Part shown: positions 1-9,719 of the stretch, one piece after another
Numbering within the stretch: the stretch's first letter is position 1
Layout: every line of letters starts with the position of its first letter
Assembly: GCA_964402065.1 (NCBI GenBank)
Contig: CAYOAN010000001.1
Span: 200,920-264,919 of the forward strand
Length of the DNA stretch: 64,000 bases
Direction of reading: 5' to 3'
Source of the DNA: an uncultured Chthoniobacter sp.
Lineage (GTDB): Bacteria > Verrucomicrobiota > Verrucomicrobiia > Chthoniobacterales > UBA6821
The notes under the pieces: generated by a model
The model's database searches: none
The model's input: only the letters and a program-made list of their open reading frames with translations
Told to the model about the DNA's origin: nothing
Made by a program: the position numbers and the translations under genes

Positions 1-1
1 T

Positions 2-181
2 GAAGAATACGACTTGCTTTGGCCTTGTATTGCTAGTTTACAAGAGATGGTCGAAATACCTTTTGTGGCGAGATCTCGTGATAGTTCGATTAATGGATCA
101 GAAAGGGTGAGGGTTGATGGAGCTTCCATTAATGGATCATATTCTGAAACGGCAACAAATCTTTCATCTTCTGTTTTGTAA
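2..181 (+). CDS. 3' end of an unidentified CDS (5' part lies outside the window)
   Basis: Open frame from the window edge to TAA at 179-181 (..EEYDLLWPCIASLQEMVEIPFVARSRD..SSSVL*). No family is recognisable from 59 residues. Confidence 0.3.
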   Translation, partial: EEYDLLWPCIASLQEMVEIPFVARSRDSSINGSERVRVDGASINGSYSETATNLSSSVL

Positions 182-217
182 AACATCTGATTTTTCTCTA
201 TCTTTCTTTTACTCATT

Positions 218-1807
218 ATGAATCAAAAACAAAAATCCTCTCAGCAACACAAAGTTATTATTCTTGATTTTGGATCGCAGTACACGCAGGTAATTGCACG
301 TCGTGTTCGTGAAGCACATGTCTTTTCAGAGGTCTTGCCATACACTACCAAAGCTTCACAGCTCAGTAATGACCCTTCTATTCGTGGTATTATTTTGTCA
401 GGTGGACCAGCAAGTGTGTATGCTAAAAATGCTCCAGCAATTGATAAAAAAATCTACCAGCTAGGAATTCCTATCTTGGGGATTTGTTATGGAATGCAGC
501 TGATAGCTCATACATTGGGAGGAAAAGTCGCGCGTTCAGAACGCCGTGAATATGGGCAAGGTCAGCTCACTGTTAAAAAAGCGGGATTGCTCTTCAAAAA
601 GTTGAGCCGCAAATTACAAGTTTGGAACAGTCATAGTGATCATATTGAAAAATTACCCAAAGGCTTTACCATTCTTGGAACCACAGAAAATGCGCCCCAT
701 GCAGTCATTGCAGATGAAGAGAGAAAAATTTATGGCATGCAATTTCACCCTGAGGTCGCTCATACTCCTCAAGGAAAGGAAATTTTAAACAATTTTCTTT
801 TTGAAGTTTGTCGTTGTTCTGCAACGTGGACGATGGGTTGTTTTATTGATGCGGCATGTCAAAGAATTCGAGAACAAGTTGGTGAAGGTCGCGTCATCCT
901 TGGCCTAAGTGGAGGTGTTGACTCGTCGGTGGCTGCCGCACTGATTCATAAGGCTATTGGAGATCAATTAACCTGTATTTTTGTCGATAATGGCTTGCTT
1001 CGTGGAGGAGAGCGAAAGGGAGTTCAAGATCTCTTTGAACGTAACTTTAAAATGAAGTTGAAAGTTGTTCCTGCAGAAAAACAATTTCTTTCAAAGCTTC
1101 GTGGTGTAAGCGACCCAGAACGTAAGCGAAAAATCATTGGAAAAGAATTTATCCATGTCTTTGAGAAAGCCGCTTTAGACTTACAGCGCGCTTCGAAAAA
1201 AGCAGGGCATCCATTTAAATTTCTTGCTCAAGGAACACTTTATCCTGATGTCATTGAAAGCGTGCCTATCGGCAACAATCCTGCAGCACTCATTAAAAGC
1301 CACCACAACGTTGGGGGACTTCCAAAAAATATGAAATTTGAGTTGGTGGAACCGTTGCGTCAACTCTTCAAAGATGAAGTGCGAGAGGTGGGGCGCGAAC
1401 TTGGTTTGCCGCGTGAAGTTGTAGATCGCCAACCCTTTCCAGGACCAGGTCTTGCCGTTCGTATTATTGGAACAATTACACCTAGTCGACTTAGCATTTT
1501 GCGTGCTGCTGATGCTATTGTGCTTGAAGAAATGAGGGCGTCCGACTGGTACTATAAAGTTTGGCAATCTTTTGCTGTTCTGCTTCCTGTCCAGTCTGTT
1601 GGAGTCATGGGAGATGAGCGAACTTATGACTATACGATCGCTCTTCGTATTGTGGAAAGCCAAGATGGCATGACGGCCAGCTGGGTAGAGGTTCCTGCCG
1701 AAGTGCTTCGTAAGATTTCTAGTCGCATTATTAATGAGGTCAAGGGAGTCAATCGTTGCGTGTACGATATTTCGAATAAGCCACCAGCTACGATCGAATG
1801 GGAATAA
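218..1807 (+). CDS. guaA: GMP synthase (glutamine-hydrolysing)
   Basis: 529 aa. N-terminal class-I amidotransferase ([12 protein letters not shown]), ATP-PPase P-loop [18 protein letters not shown], and the canonical C-terminus PATIEWE. Confidence 0.97.
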   Translation: MNQKQKSSQQHKVIILDFGSQYTQVIARRVREAHVFSEVLPYTTKASQLSNDPSIRGIILSGGPASVYAKNAPAIDKKIYQLGIPILGICYGMQLIAHTLGGKVARSERREYGQGQLTVKKAGLLFKKLSRKLQVWNSHSDHIEKLPKGFTILGTTENAPHAVIADEERKIYGMQFHPEVAHTPQGKEILNNFLFEVCRCSATWTMGCFIDAACQRIREQVGEGRVILGLSGGVDSSVAAALIHKAIGDQLTCIFVDNGLLRGGERKGVQDLFERNFKMKLKVVPAEKQFLSKLRGVSDPERKRKIIGKEFIHVFEKAALDLQRASKKAGHPFKFLAQGTLYPDVIESVPIGNNPAALIKSHHNVGGLPKNMKFELVEPLRQLFKDEVREVGRELGLPREVVDRQPFPGPGLAVRIIGTITPSRLSILRAADAIVLEEMRASDWYYKVWQSFAVLLPVQSVGVMGDERTYDYTIALRIVESQDGMTASWVEVPAEVLRKISSRIINEVKGVNRCVYDISNKPPATIEWE

Positions 1808-1856
1808 TGGTTTGTTCATTCTACTAAGATTGTGCACTGCGGCGTTGCTGTGGTGC

Positions 1857-1996
1857 TAGAGCATTTTCAAAATTCTATAGCCGCGTATTGCGGCGTCACT
1901 CCGGTGCTCAAAACCTCGAGTATGAGATATACACTGCGTTTTTGCGCTCCTTGTTCCTGGTGCTACATCGGCTATCATATTTTTTAAAATGCTCTA
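1857..1996 (+). repeat. Family-1 MITE-like palindromic intergenic element, full copy (140 bp)
   Basis: Imperfect terminal inverted repeats: TAGAGCATTTTCAAAATTCTATAGCCG ... CGGCTATCATATTTTTTAAAATGCTCTA. Near-identical to 51239-51379. Confidence 0.85.
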
Positions 1997-2033
1997 CCCT
2001 CGTCACTGTTACCTTTTCTTCATGAATTTTTTG

Positions 2034-2061
2034 CTGTGACCCGCAACCTGTAACCTATAAC
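2034..2061 (+). promoter_or_regulatory. Tandem heptad array (CTGTGAC CCGCAAC CTGTAAC CTATAAC) 10 nt upstream of the coaD ATG
   Basis: Four head-to-tail 7-nt units read directly. The same motif class occurs upstream of 10 other genes. Confidence 0.6.
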
Positions 2062-2071
2062 CTGCCGTTTA

Positions 2072-2551
2072 ATGAAATTTAAACGTGCCATCTATCCAGG
2101 AAGTTTTGATCCCGTGACCAATGGACATCTGGATCTTATTGAGCGATCTCTAAAAATTTTTGACGAAGTGATTGTTGCGGTGGCGCGTAATTCAGAGAAG
2201 CGCCCCCTTTTTTCAGTGGAGGAGAGAATTGATCTATTGAAAAAAAGTATTGGTCCTCATCCACGAGTCCGTTTTGAGTCGTTAGAGGGACTTTTAGTTG
2301 AAGCAGCAAGAGAGCAAGAGGCTTTTGTGATTATTCGAGGGTTGCGAGCCGTTTCTGACTTTGAGTTTGAATTTCAAATGGCCCTGACAAATCGACGTCT
2401 CGAACCCAAAGTAGAAACCATGTTTTTAGCACCTCGTGAGGATTGTATCTTCCTGAGCTCTCGGATTGTCAAAGAGGTAGCTTCCCATGGCGGGGATGTG
2501 GCTGCTTTTGTGCCTGAAGTTGTAGCTACGGCTCTACGAGGAAAGTTTTAG
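2072..2551 (+). CDS. coaD: Phosphopantetheine adenylyltransferase
   Basis: 159 aa. AIYPGSFDPVTNGHLDLIERS nucleotidyltransferase motif, typical length. Confidence 0.95.
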   Translation: MKFKRAIYPGSFDPVTNGHLDLIERSLKIFDEVIVAVARNSEKRPLFSVEERIDLLKKSIGPHPRVRFESLEGLLVEAAREQEAFVIIRGLRAVSDFEFEFQMALTNRRLEPKVETMFLAPREDCIFLSSRIVKEVASHGGDVAAFVPEVVATALRGKF

Positions 2552-2571
2552 GGGATTTTATTAATAGGAAA

Positions 2572-2603
2572 GGGGCTAAAAGCTTCGTGTAGCCCCATTT
2601 TTT
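2572..2603 (+). terminator. Rho-independent terminator after coaD
   Basis: GGGGCTA (2572-2578) pairs with TAGCCCC (2590-2596) across an 11-nt loop, followed by ATTTTTT. Confidence 0.75.
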
Positions 2604-2720
2604 CAACGTGCTCCTAATGAACTATAGTAGTTCTGAAAAAATTGAGATTTTTAATTTTGCTTCATCTTGCTTCATGATTATTCTTGCTGGCATAGAACCT
2701 ATTAAAAGAGACAAATAATA

Positions 2721-3182
2721 ATGATCCCTATCCACCTTCATCAAATTCCTCAAAACGACACACTCTCCGTGGCTGGTGAGATTAGTGTTGGAGAACTGCA
2801 ACCTTTTAGTATTGAGGAGGCCGGTATGGAGCCGGTGGGACCTTTGCATTATCAGTTAGAAGTTGGGTTGTCCGATGGTGGCCTCTTCGCAACAGGATCT
2901 TGGTCGGTTCGACTTAAAGCAACATGTGTTTCTTGTCTGGAGCCATTCGAATATGAGGTCTCGAATAGTGAATTTGGGATGCAAAAAGAACTTACAGGAT
3001 CTGAATTAGTTGACTTGACTGATGAGGTGCGAGAGGATATACATCTTCTTCTGCCCATGCATCCCAAGTGCACTTTGGGTGGAAAAAAATGCCCGGCGCA
3101 GTTTCCGCAAAGAGTAGTTCCCTCTTCAAAAAATTCGGAAGTTCGTTCAGTCTGGGCGGCACTTGATAACTTCAAACATTAA
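2721..3182 (+). CDS. yceD: YceD/DUF177 family protein (large-subunit rRNA accumulation protein)
   Basis: 153-aa acidic protein with CVSCLEPF ... HPKC Cys motifs, in the conserved position directly upstream of rpmF-plsX-fabH. Confidence 0.8.
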   Translation: MIPIHLHQIPQNDTLSVAGEISVGELQPFSIEEAGMEPVGPLHYQLEVGLSDGGLFATGSWSVRLKATCVSCLEPFEYEVSNSEFGMQKELTGSELVDLTDEVREDIHLLLPMHPKCTLGGKKCPAQFPQRVVPSSKNSEVRSVWAALDNFKH

Positions 3183-3188
3183 TCATCC

Positions 3189-3371
3189 ATGGGAGTCCCA
3201 AAACGTAAAGTTTCTAAAATGCGCTTGCGCACTCGTAAAGCAGCTAATCGCTGGCATGCACCAAGTCTTGGCAAATGTCCAACTTGTGATGCTCCAATTC
3301 ACTCTCATACGGTTTGTCCTGCTTGTGGTTCCTATCGCAATCGTCAAGTTCTTGATGTAACTCCTGCTTAA
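3189..3371 (+). CDS. rpmF: 50S ribosomal protein L32
   Basis: 60 aa. MGVPKRKVSKMR N-terminus and CPTC...CPACG zinc ribbon. Confidence 0.95.
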   Translation: MGVPKRKVSKMRLRTRKAANRWHAPSLGKCPTCDAPIHSHTVCPACGSYRNRQVLDVTPA

Positions 3372-3414
3372 TCAGCAGGTCTTTTATTCGTATTTTTTAT
3401 CCCTCTAAAGCAAG

Positions 3415-4455
3415 ATGAGAATTGTTCTCGATGCTATGGGTGGGGACTATGCTCCTGCCAATACTGTGGCTGGAGCGGTCTTGGCGCTCAAAGAATATTC
3501 TAAAATTACCCGTCTTTTTTTAACGGGCGATGAGGCAATGTTGCGCGCTGAAGTCCGTAAACATCAGTGCAACGACCCTCGGCTTGAGATTGTTCATACA
3601 ACTCAGATCGTAGAAATGAGTGACCAAGCCGTTGAGGCTGTTCGCCGGAAAAAAGATTCTTCTATTTCACGGGCTGTGGACTTAGTAAAGAAAAAGGAGG
3701 CCGATGCCGTTGTAAGTGCAGGGCACACCGGTGCCGCTGTGGCTGCAACAACGATTAAATTACGAACGCTCGAAGGTATTGATCGCCCTGGTATTGCAAC
3801 CTGGTTTCCTACTGAAAAAAATCTCTGCGTGATTATGGATGCAGGAGCTAATCTTGATGCTCGTCCAGAACATCTCTTGCAATACGCTATCATGGGATCA
3901 GTTCTTTCTGAGCATATTCTTGGTTATGCCAATCCTTCAATTGGCTTGATGTCCATTGGAAGTGAGGATGTCAAGGGAAGTGGATTTACAAAAGAAACTT
4001 TTAAACTCCTCAAGGCAAGTTCTCTCAATTTTCGAGGCAATGTCGAAGGACATGATCTTTTTGAAAATCCAGTAGAAGTGGTCTTGTGTGATGGATTCAC
4101 GGGAAATGTTGTCTTAAAAACAGCGGAAGCAACGGCTTCGTTTTTAGTGCATACCTTAAAAAAAGAATTAACACAAACGCCAGTTCGTGCTCTTGGAGCA
4201 TGGTTGGCAAAGGGTGCTTTTCGGACCATTCGCAATCAACTCAATCCTGATCTTCATGGAGGTTCACCTCTTTTAGGAATTAATGGAACTTGTATCATCG
4301 CTCATGGATCAAGTTCTGCAATTGCAATCAAGCATGCTATTCGAGCTGCCACTGATTTTATTGAGCGCGGGGTTAATCCTCGTATTGTGGACGCAGTAAA
4401 AGCATATCATTTGAAAAACGCTGTCTCATCTCATGTCTCTGAACTTAAAAAATAA
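3415..4455 (+). CDS. plsX: Phosphate acyltransferase PlsX
   Basis: 346 aa. RIVLDAMGGDYAP, SAGHTGA, conserved synteny between rpmF and fabH. Confidence 0.95.
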   Translation: MRIVLDAMGGDYAPANTVAGAVLALKEYSKITRLFLTGDEAMLRAEVRKHQCNDPRLEIVHTTQIVEMSDQAVEAVRRKKDSSISRAVDLVKKKEADAVVSAGHTGAAVAATTIKLRTLEGIDRPGIATWFPTEKNLCVIMDAGANLDARPEHLLQYAIMGSVLSEHILGYANPSIGLMSIGSEDVKGSGFTKETFKLLKASSLNFRGNVEGHDLFENPVEVVLCDGFTGNVVLKTAEATASFLVHTLKKELTQTPVRALGAWLAKGAFRTIRNQLNPDLHGGSPLLGINGTCIIAHGSSSAIAIKHAIRAATDFIERGVNPRIVDAVKAYHLKNAVSSHVSELKK

Positions 4456-5440
4456 TCATCTACTTTCGGCTTCTGTTCTTGGAACTGGTAGTTATGTTCC
4501 TGAGCGTGTGATGAGGAATGAAGACCTTGAAAAAATGGTCGAAACGAATGATGAGTGGATTCGGACACGCACAGGAATTCGTGAGAGACGTATCGCTGCA
4601 CCGCATGAAACAACAAGTGACATGGCTGCTGCTGCAGCCCGAGCCGCTATAGAAAACGCCGGGATTATCGCGGAAGAAATTTCAATGATTATCTGCGCAA
4701 CAGTAACGCCAGATATGTTTTTTCCTAACACGGCTTGTTTTGTTCAAACCAAAATTGGAGCAACAAAAGCCATCTGCTTTGACGTGAGTGCTGCTTGTTC
4801 TGGGTTTCTCTACGCTATGGAGATAGCTCGTCAATTTATTGCAACAGGGACGCACAAAACCATTTTAGTTATTGGAGCTGATAAGCTTTCTAGTATTGTG
4901 AATTGGGAAGATCGCAATACATGTGTTCTATTTGGTGATGGAGCTGGAGCTGCCATTTTGCAGCATCGTGACGGGGCTCGTGGAATTCTTGCAACTCCTA
5001 TGGGAAGTGATGGAAGGCTTGCTGACATTCTTTATACTCCTGGAGGAGGAAGTGCTGCTCCCACAACGATTGAAAATGTGCATGAAAAACTTTCGACTAT
5101 TCGAATGAATGGAAGAGAGACTTATAAACAAGCAGTAAAAGCAATGGTCGAGTCTTCTCAAGAAGCCTTGCGTCGCGCCGGAGTGAGTATTGATGAGATC
5201 AAGTGTATTATTCCTCACCAAGCTAATTTGCGAATTATTGAAGCCATTGCTGATCGCCTTGAGGTGTCACTTGATAAATTTCATATTAACCTCGACCGCT
5301 ATGGAAATACTTCAGCTGCGGCCGTCGCTATTGCTTTTGACGAAGCTGCAAGACAACAGCGCTTTGAGCGAGGAGACCTCGTTTTGCTCGTTGTTTTCGG
5401 AGGGGGGTTGACCTGGGCCGCTTCTGTCTTAGAGTGGTGA
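4433..5440 (+). CDS. fabH: 3-oxoacyl-ACP synthase III
   Basis: 335 aa. Active-site context DVSAACSGF, HQANLRI, GNTSAAA. Overlaps the plsX 3' end by 23 nt. Confidence 0.95.
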   Translation: MSLNLKNNHLLSASVLGTGSYVPERVMRNEDLEKMVETNDEWIRTRTGIRERRIAAPHETTSDMAAAAARAAIENAGIIAEEISMIICATVTPDMFFPNTACFVQTKIGATKAICFDVSAACSGFLYAMEIARQFIATGTHKTILVIGADKLSSIVNWEDRNTCVLFGDGAGAAILQHRDGARGILATPMGSDGRLADILYTPGGGSAAPTTIENVHEKLSTIRMNGRETYKQAVKAMVESSQEALRRAGVSIDEIKCIIPHQANLRIIEAIADRLEVSLDKFHINLDRYGNTSAAAVAIAFDEAARQQRFERGDLVLLVVFGGGLTWAASVLEW

Positions 5441-5534
5441 GAAAATTCACCACGAAGATTGCCAAGTTGTTAAAGCGGTACGCAATGAACACAAAATAAA
5501 AAGTTTAAAAATTAGGATTTAGCATTCAACAAAA

Positions 5535-6982
<1,448 letters not shown>

Positions 6983-7142
6983 CAATGTTGGGAAGATACC
7001 ATGGGCAAGGAGCCGTTTTAAATTGTCCTCTACTCAGTCTTCCAGAACTTAATACCCTATATCTTAATAGAGCACACGTTCAGAGCTAGTATTATCACGA
7101 AGGATGATCTGCCTCTGAACTCATTTTTGATTACTTTTTTCC

Positions 7143-7997
7143 ATGTCTTCTATTACTCATCTCTGGACGCGACTCACTTCCAAAAATCATGAAGACGCTT
7201 GGGTAGAGCGTCTTCGTTTTGCGGGGCCTGAGAACCTCGTGATGAAAGCCTTTCCTGCGTCACGGACGTTGCGTTTGCAGGTTTATACGAATGAAGCAAC
7301 TTCTAAAAAGCTTATTAAACTTTTTGGTGGGTCTGTCCGCCCTTTTCGCTTAGCCACTTGGAAGCCTCCTGAAATCAAGCGTCGCAAGCCGCTCTGCATC
7401 GCAGGAGGGTTGCGGTTGCATAATGATCGCGAGTTGTTTTTACAAGATCGCAATAAGAAAAAGGGCTACCCTTTGCTTGTTCCTGCAGAAATGGCTTTTG
7501 GGACGGGAGAGCATGCAACAACTCGAAGTTGCCTTCGGATGCTCAGTAAGATTGCTCTGGAAGAGACAAAAAACAAGTGGTCTTTTCTTGATCTTGGAAC
7601 AGGCTCAGGAATTTTGGCGCTTGCTGCTGAGTTATTTGGAGCAGAAAAAATATTGGGAATCGATTTTGATCCTCGATGCATTAAGGTTGCACGAACTAAT
7701 GCCAAAGCAAACCAGTTATTAAAAGCCACGTGGGAACAAGCAGATCTCCTCAAGTGGAAAATTCCTGGAACATGGAATGTGATTGCAGCCAATATTTATT
7801 CTTCAGTGCTCACGGTTGCAGCTCCTAAAATTGCGAAAGGACTCAAGGCAGAGGGTCATCTCATTCTCTCAGGGATTTTTGCTCAAGAGATTCCTCAAAT
7901 TGAAAATTGTTTTGCTGCACTCGGTCTTCAAAGGAAGCATGCGATTATTCAAGGAAAATGGGGAGCGCTGTGGTTGGAGAGAAGTCATGAAAAATAG
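7143..7997 (+). CDS. prmA: Ribosomal protein L11 methyltransferase
   Basis: 284 aa. FGTGEHATTRSCL and SAM-binding LDLGTGSGILALAA. Confidence 0.88.
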   Translation: MSSITHLWTRLTSKNHEDAWVERLRFAGPENLVMKAFPASRTLRLQVYTNEATSKKLIKLFGGSVRPFRLATWKPPEIKRRKPLCIAGGLRLHNDRELFLQDRNKKKGYPLLVPAEMAFGTGEHATTRSCLRMLSKIALEETKNKWSFLDLGTGSGILALAAELFGAEKILGIDFDPRCIKVARTNAKANQLLKATWEQADLLKWKIPGTWNVIAANIYSSVLTVAAPKIAKGLKAEGHLILSGIFAQEIPQIENCFAALGLQRKHAIIQGKWGALWLERSHEK

Positions 7998-8016
7998 ACA
8001 TTGAAAGTCTATTTTC
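7994..8016 (+). terminator. Weak candidate terminator after prmA
   Basis: ATAGAC (7994-7999) pairs with GTCTAT (8007-8012), followed by TTTC. The stem is short and AT-rich. Confidence 0.3.
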
Positions 8017-8037
8017 ATGAAATGGTTTTATTTTTTC

Positions 8038-8065
8038 CTGTAGCCTGCAACCTCTAGCCTGTACC
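8038..8065 (+). promoter_or_regulatory. Tandem heptad array (CTGTAGC CTGCAAC CTCTAGC CTGTACC) 9 nt upstream of the uppS ATG
   Basis: Four contiguous 7-nt units read directly. Confidence 0.6.
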
Positions 8066-8074
8066 CTCTTTTCG

Positions 8075-8788
8075 ATGAAAATGACCTCTCCGCCACTACC
8101 AAAACACATTGCCATCATTATGGATGGGAATGGGCGTTGGGCCAAAGAGCGAGGCTGGATCAGGCTCAAAGGACATGAGCAAGGATCGCAATCAGTCCAA
8201 GAGGCACTAGATGCCTGCTTGGAAACTGGAGTGGAATATCTGACGCTTTATGCTTTTTCTTCTGAAAATTGGAAGCGCCCTAAACTTGAAGTGCAAGGTT
8301 TAATGACTCTTTTGGAGCATTACTTGGGGCATAAAATTGAAGAGATGAACAAAAATGGAATTCGCTTTCAGGCCATTGGGCGTCTCAATGAGTTGTCATC
8401 TTCAGTACAAAAGCGATTGCAAAAAGCCATTGATGCAACTGCTCATAACAGCAAACTGACGCTCACGCTAGCATTGAACTATGGCGCTCGTGCAGAAATT
8501 GTGGATGCAACGAAAATGATTGCACAAAAAGTGCAGCAAGGAATTTTATCCCTCAAAGAAATTACAGAGGAGTCTTTTTCGCATCATCTCTACACCGCTA
8601 ATATGCCTGATCCTGATTTGTTCATTAGGACGTCAGGAGAATATCGCATCTCGAATTTTTTACTCTGGCAGTTGAGTTACGCCGAACTTTATATTACACC
8701 TCAACTTTGGCCCGACTTTAAAAAAGCAGATCTCTTGGCTGCGATTGAAGAGTTTCAAAAACGGGAACGACGATTTGGAGGAGTGTGA
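8075..8788 (+). CDS. uppS: Undecaprenyl-diphosphate synthase (cis-prenyltransferase)
   Basis: 237 aa. HIAIIMDGNGRWA, RTSGEYRISNFLLWQ. Confidence 0.95.
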   Translation: MKMTSPPLPKHIAIIMDGNGRWAKERGWIRLKGHEQGSQSVQEALDACLETGVEYLTLYAFSSENWKRPKLEVQGLMTLLEHYLGHKIEEMNKNGIRFQAIGRLNELSSSVQKRLQKAIDATAHNSKLTLTLALNYGARAEIVDATKMIAQKVQQGILSLKEITEESFSHHLYTANMPDPDLFIRTSGEYRISNFLLWQLSYAELYITPQLWPDFKKADLLAAIEEFQKRERRFGGV

Positions 8789-8835
8789 AGGCAAAGCAAA
8801 TTAACCACAAAGAAAGAAAAACTTTAATCTCTTTC

Positions 8836-8856
8836 CTGCAACCTGTGACCTGTAAC
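8836..8856 (+). promoter_or_regulatory. Tandem heptad array (CTGCAAC CTGTGAC CTGTAAC) 5 nt upstream of the ATG
   Basis: Three contiguous 7-nt units read directly. Confidence 0.6.
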
Positions 8857-8861
8857 TTATT

Positions 8862-9632
8862 ATGAATTCTTGGTCCTGGCAGCAAAACGAGATGCAGCCT
8901 TGTGGTGAAGGTGTTCCTCTCAACGATCGTGGGTTTCGCTACGGCCAGCATCTTTTTGAAACAATTGCGATTCGAAATGGGGACGTTCTTTTTTTTGAAG
9001 AACATTGGAAAAGATTGATGCATGCAGCCGAGCGATATCATTTTCCAATTAATTATGCTTGGTATCAAAGTGTGAGCTATTTTTTAAAAAAAGAATCGTG
9101 GAATGATGGGATGTTAAGGATTTTTTTAACGGCGGGAGAAGGAGCGGCTTGTTCACCCATTGTGACTCCTCATTTATTTTTGCTGTGGGAAAAAGCGGAG
9201 TTTCCTTCGGAGGAAAAATTACGCGAAGGAATCAGTGTTGTTTCATTGGACCAACCCACAGGGATTAATTCTTGGGGAGAAAAAACAGGAAATTATTGGG
9301 AACATCTCCTTGCTCTTAACTCAGCGCGGCAAGCTGGTGCTGAAGAGGGACTCGTTTTTGATGTAGAGGGTTTTTTAATTTCTGCGGCGATGGCCAATAT
9401 CATTCTTTGGATGAATGATGGACGCATTGTGACGCCGCCTCGCACTCGTGGTGCACGTGATGGAGTGATGTTGGCTCAAGCGCGACGTCAACTTCCTGAG
9501 CTAATGGCAGCTGATGTGAAGAGAAATAATTTGGAGAACATTATTGCGATGGTTGTGACAAATTCGCGCCTTGGAATCATGCCTGTAGCGGAGCTTGATG
9601 GGAGGAAGCTGGAGCATTTTTGGAACAGATAG
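8862..9632 (+). CDS. Fold-type IV PLP enzyme, aminodeoxychorismate lyase-like
   Basis: 256 aa. N-terminal LNDRGFRYGQHLFETI is typical of class-IV aminotransferases/ADC lyase. The short length favours PabC-like. Function is tentative. Confidence 0.7.
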   Translation: MNSWSWQQNEMQPCGEGVPLNDRGFRYGQHLFETIAIRNGDVLFFEEHWKRLMHAAERYHFPINYAWYQSVSYFLKKESWNDGMLRIFLTAGEGAACSPIVTPHLFLLWEKAEFPSEEKLREGISVVSLDQPTGINSWGEKTGNYWEHLLALNSARQAGAEEGLVFDVEGFLISAAMANIILWMNDGRIVTPPRTRGARDGVMLAQARRQLPELMAADVKRNNLENIIAMVVTNSRLGIMPVAELDGRKLEHFWNR

Positions 9633-9696
9633 GCTACGTTTCAGAAGCTATTCGAGCATTTAATACACTATGCTGGAATGACGTTGTGGTGAAAGG

Positions 9697-9710
9697 TTGT
9701 AGCCTGTTAC
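9697..9710 (+). promoter_or_regulatory. Short heptad array (TTGTAGC CTGTTAC) 9 nt upstream of the mfd ATG
   Basis: Two units only. This is the weakest of the instances. Confidence 0.4.
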
Positions 9711-9719
9711 TCTTTTAAT

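Noticed and set aside
1181-1837. 218-aa ORF on the minus strand
   Set aside because: It lies entirely antisense to the well-supported guaA gene and has no recognisable motifs. It is a typical shadow ORF.
7078-7120. Inverted repeat GTTCAGAG...CTCTGAAC followed by CATTTTT after purA, considered as a terminator
   Set aside because: The loop is 27 nt and the stem only 8 bp, with an interrupted T-tract. It is possible but too weak to call.
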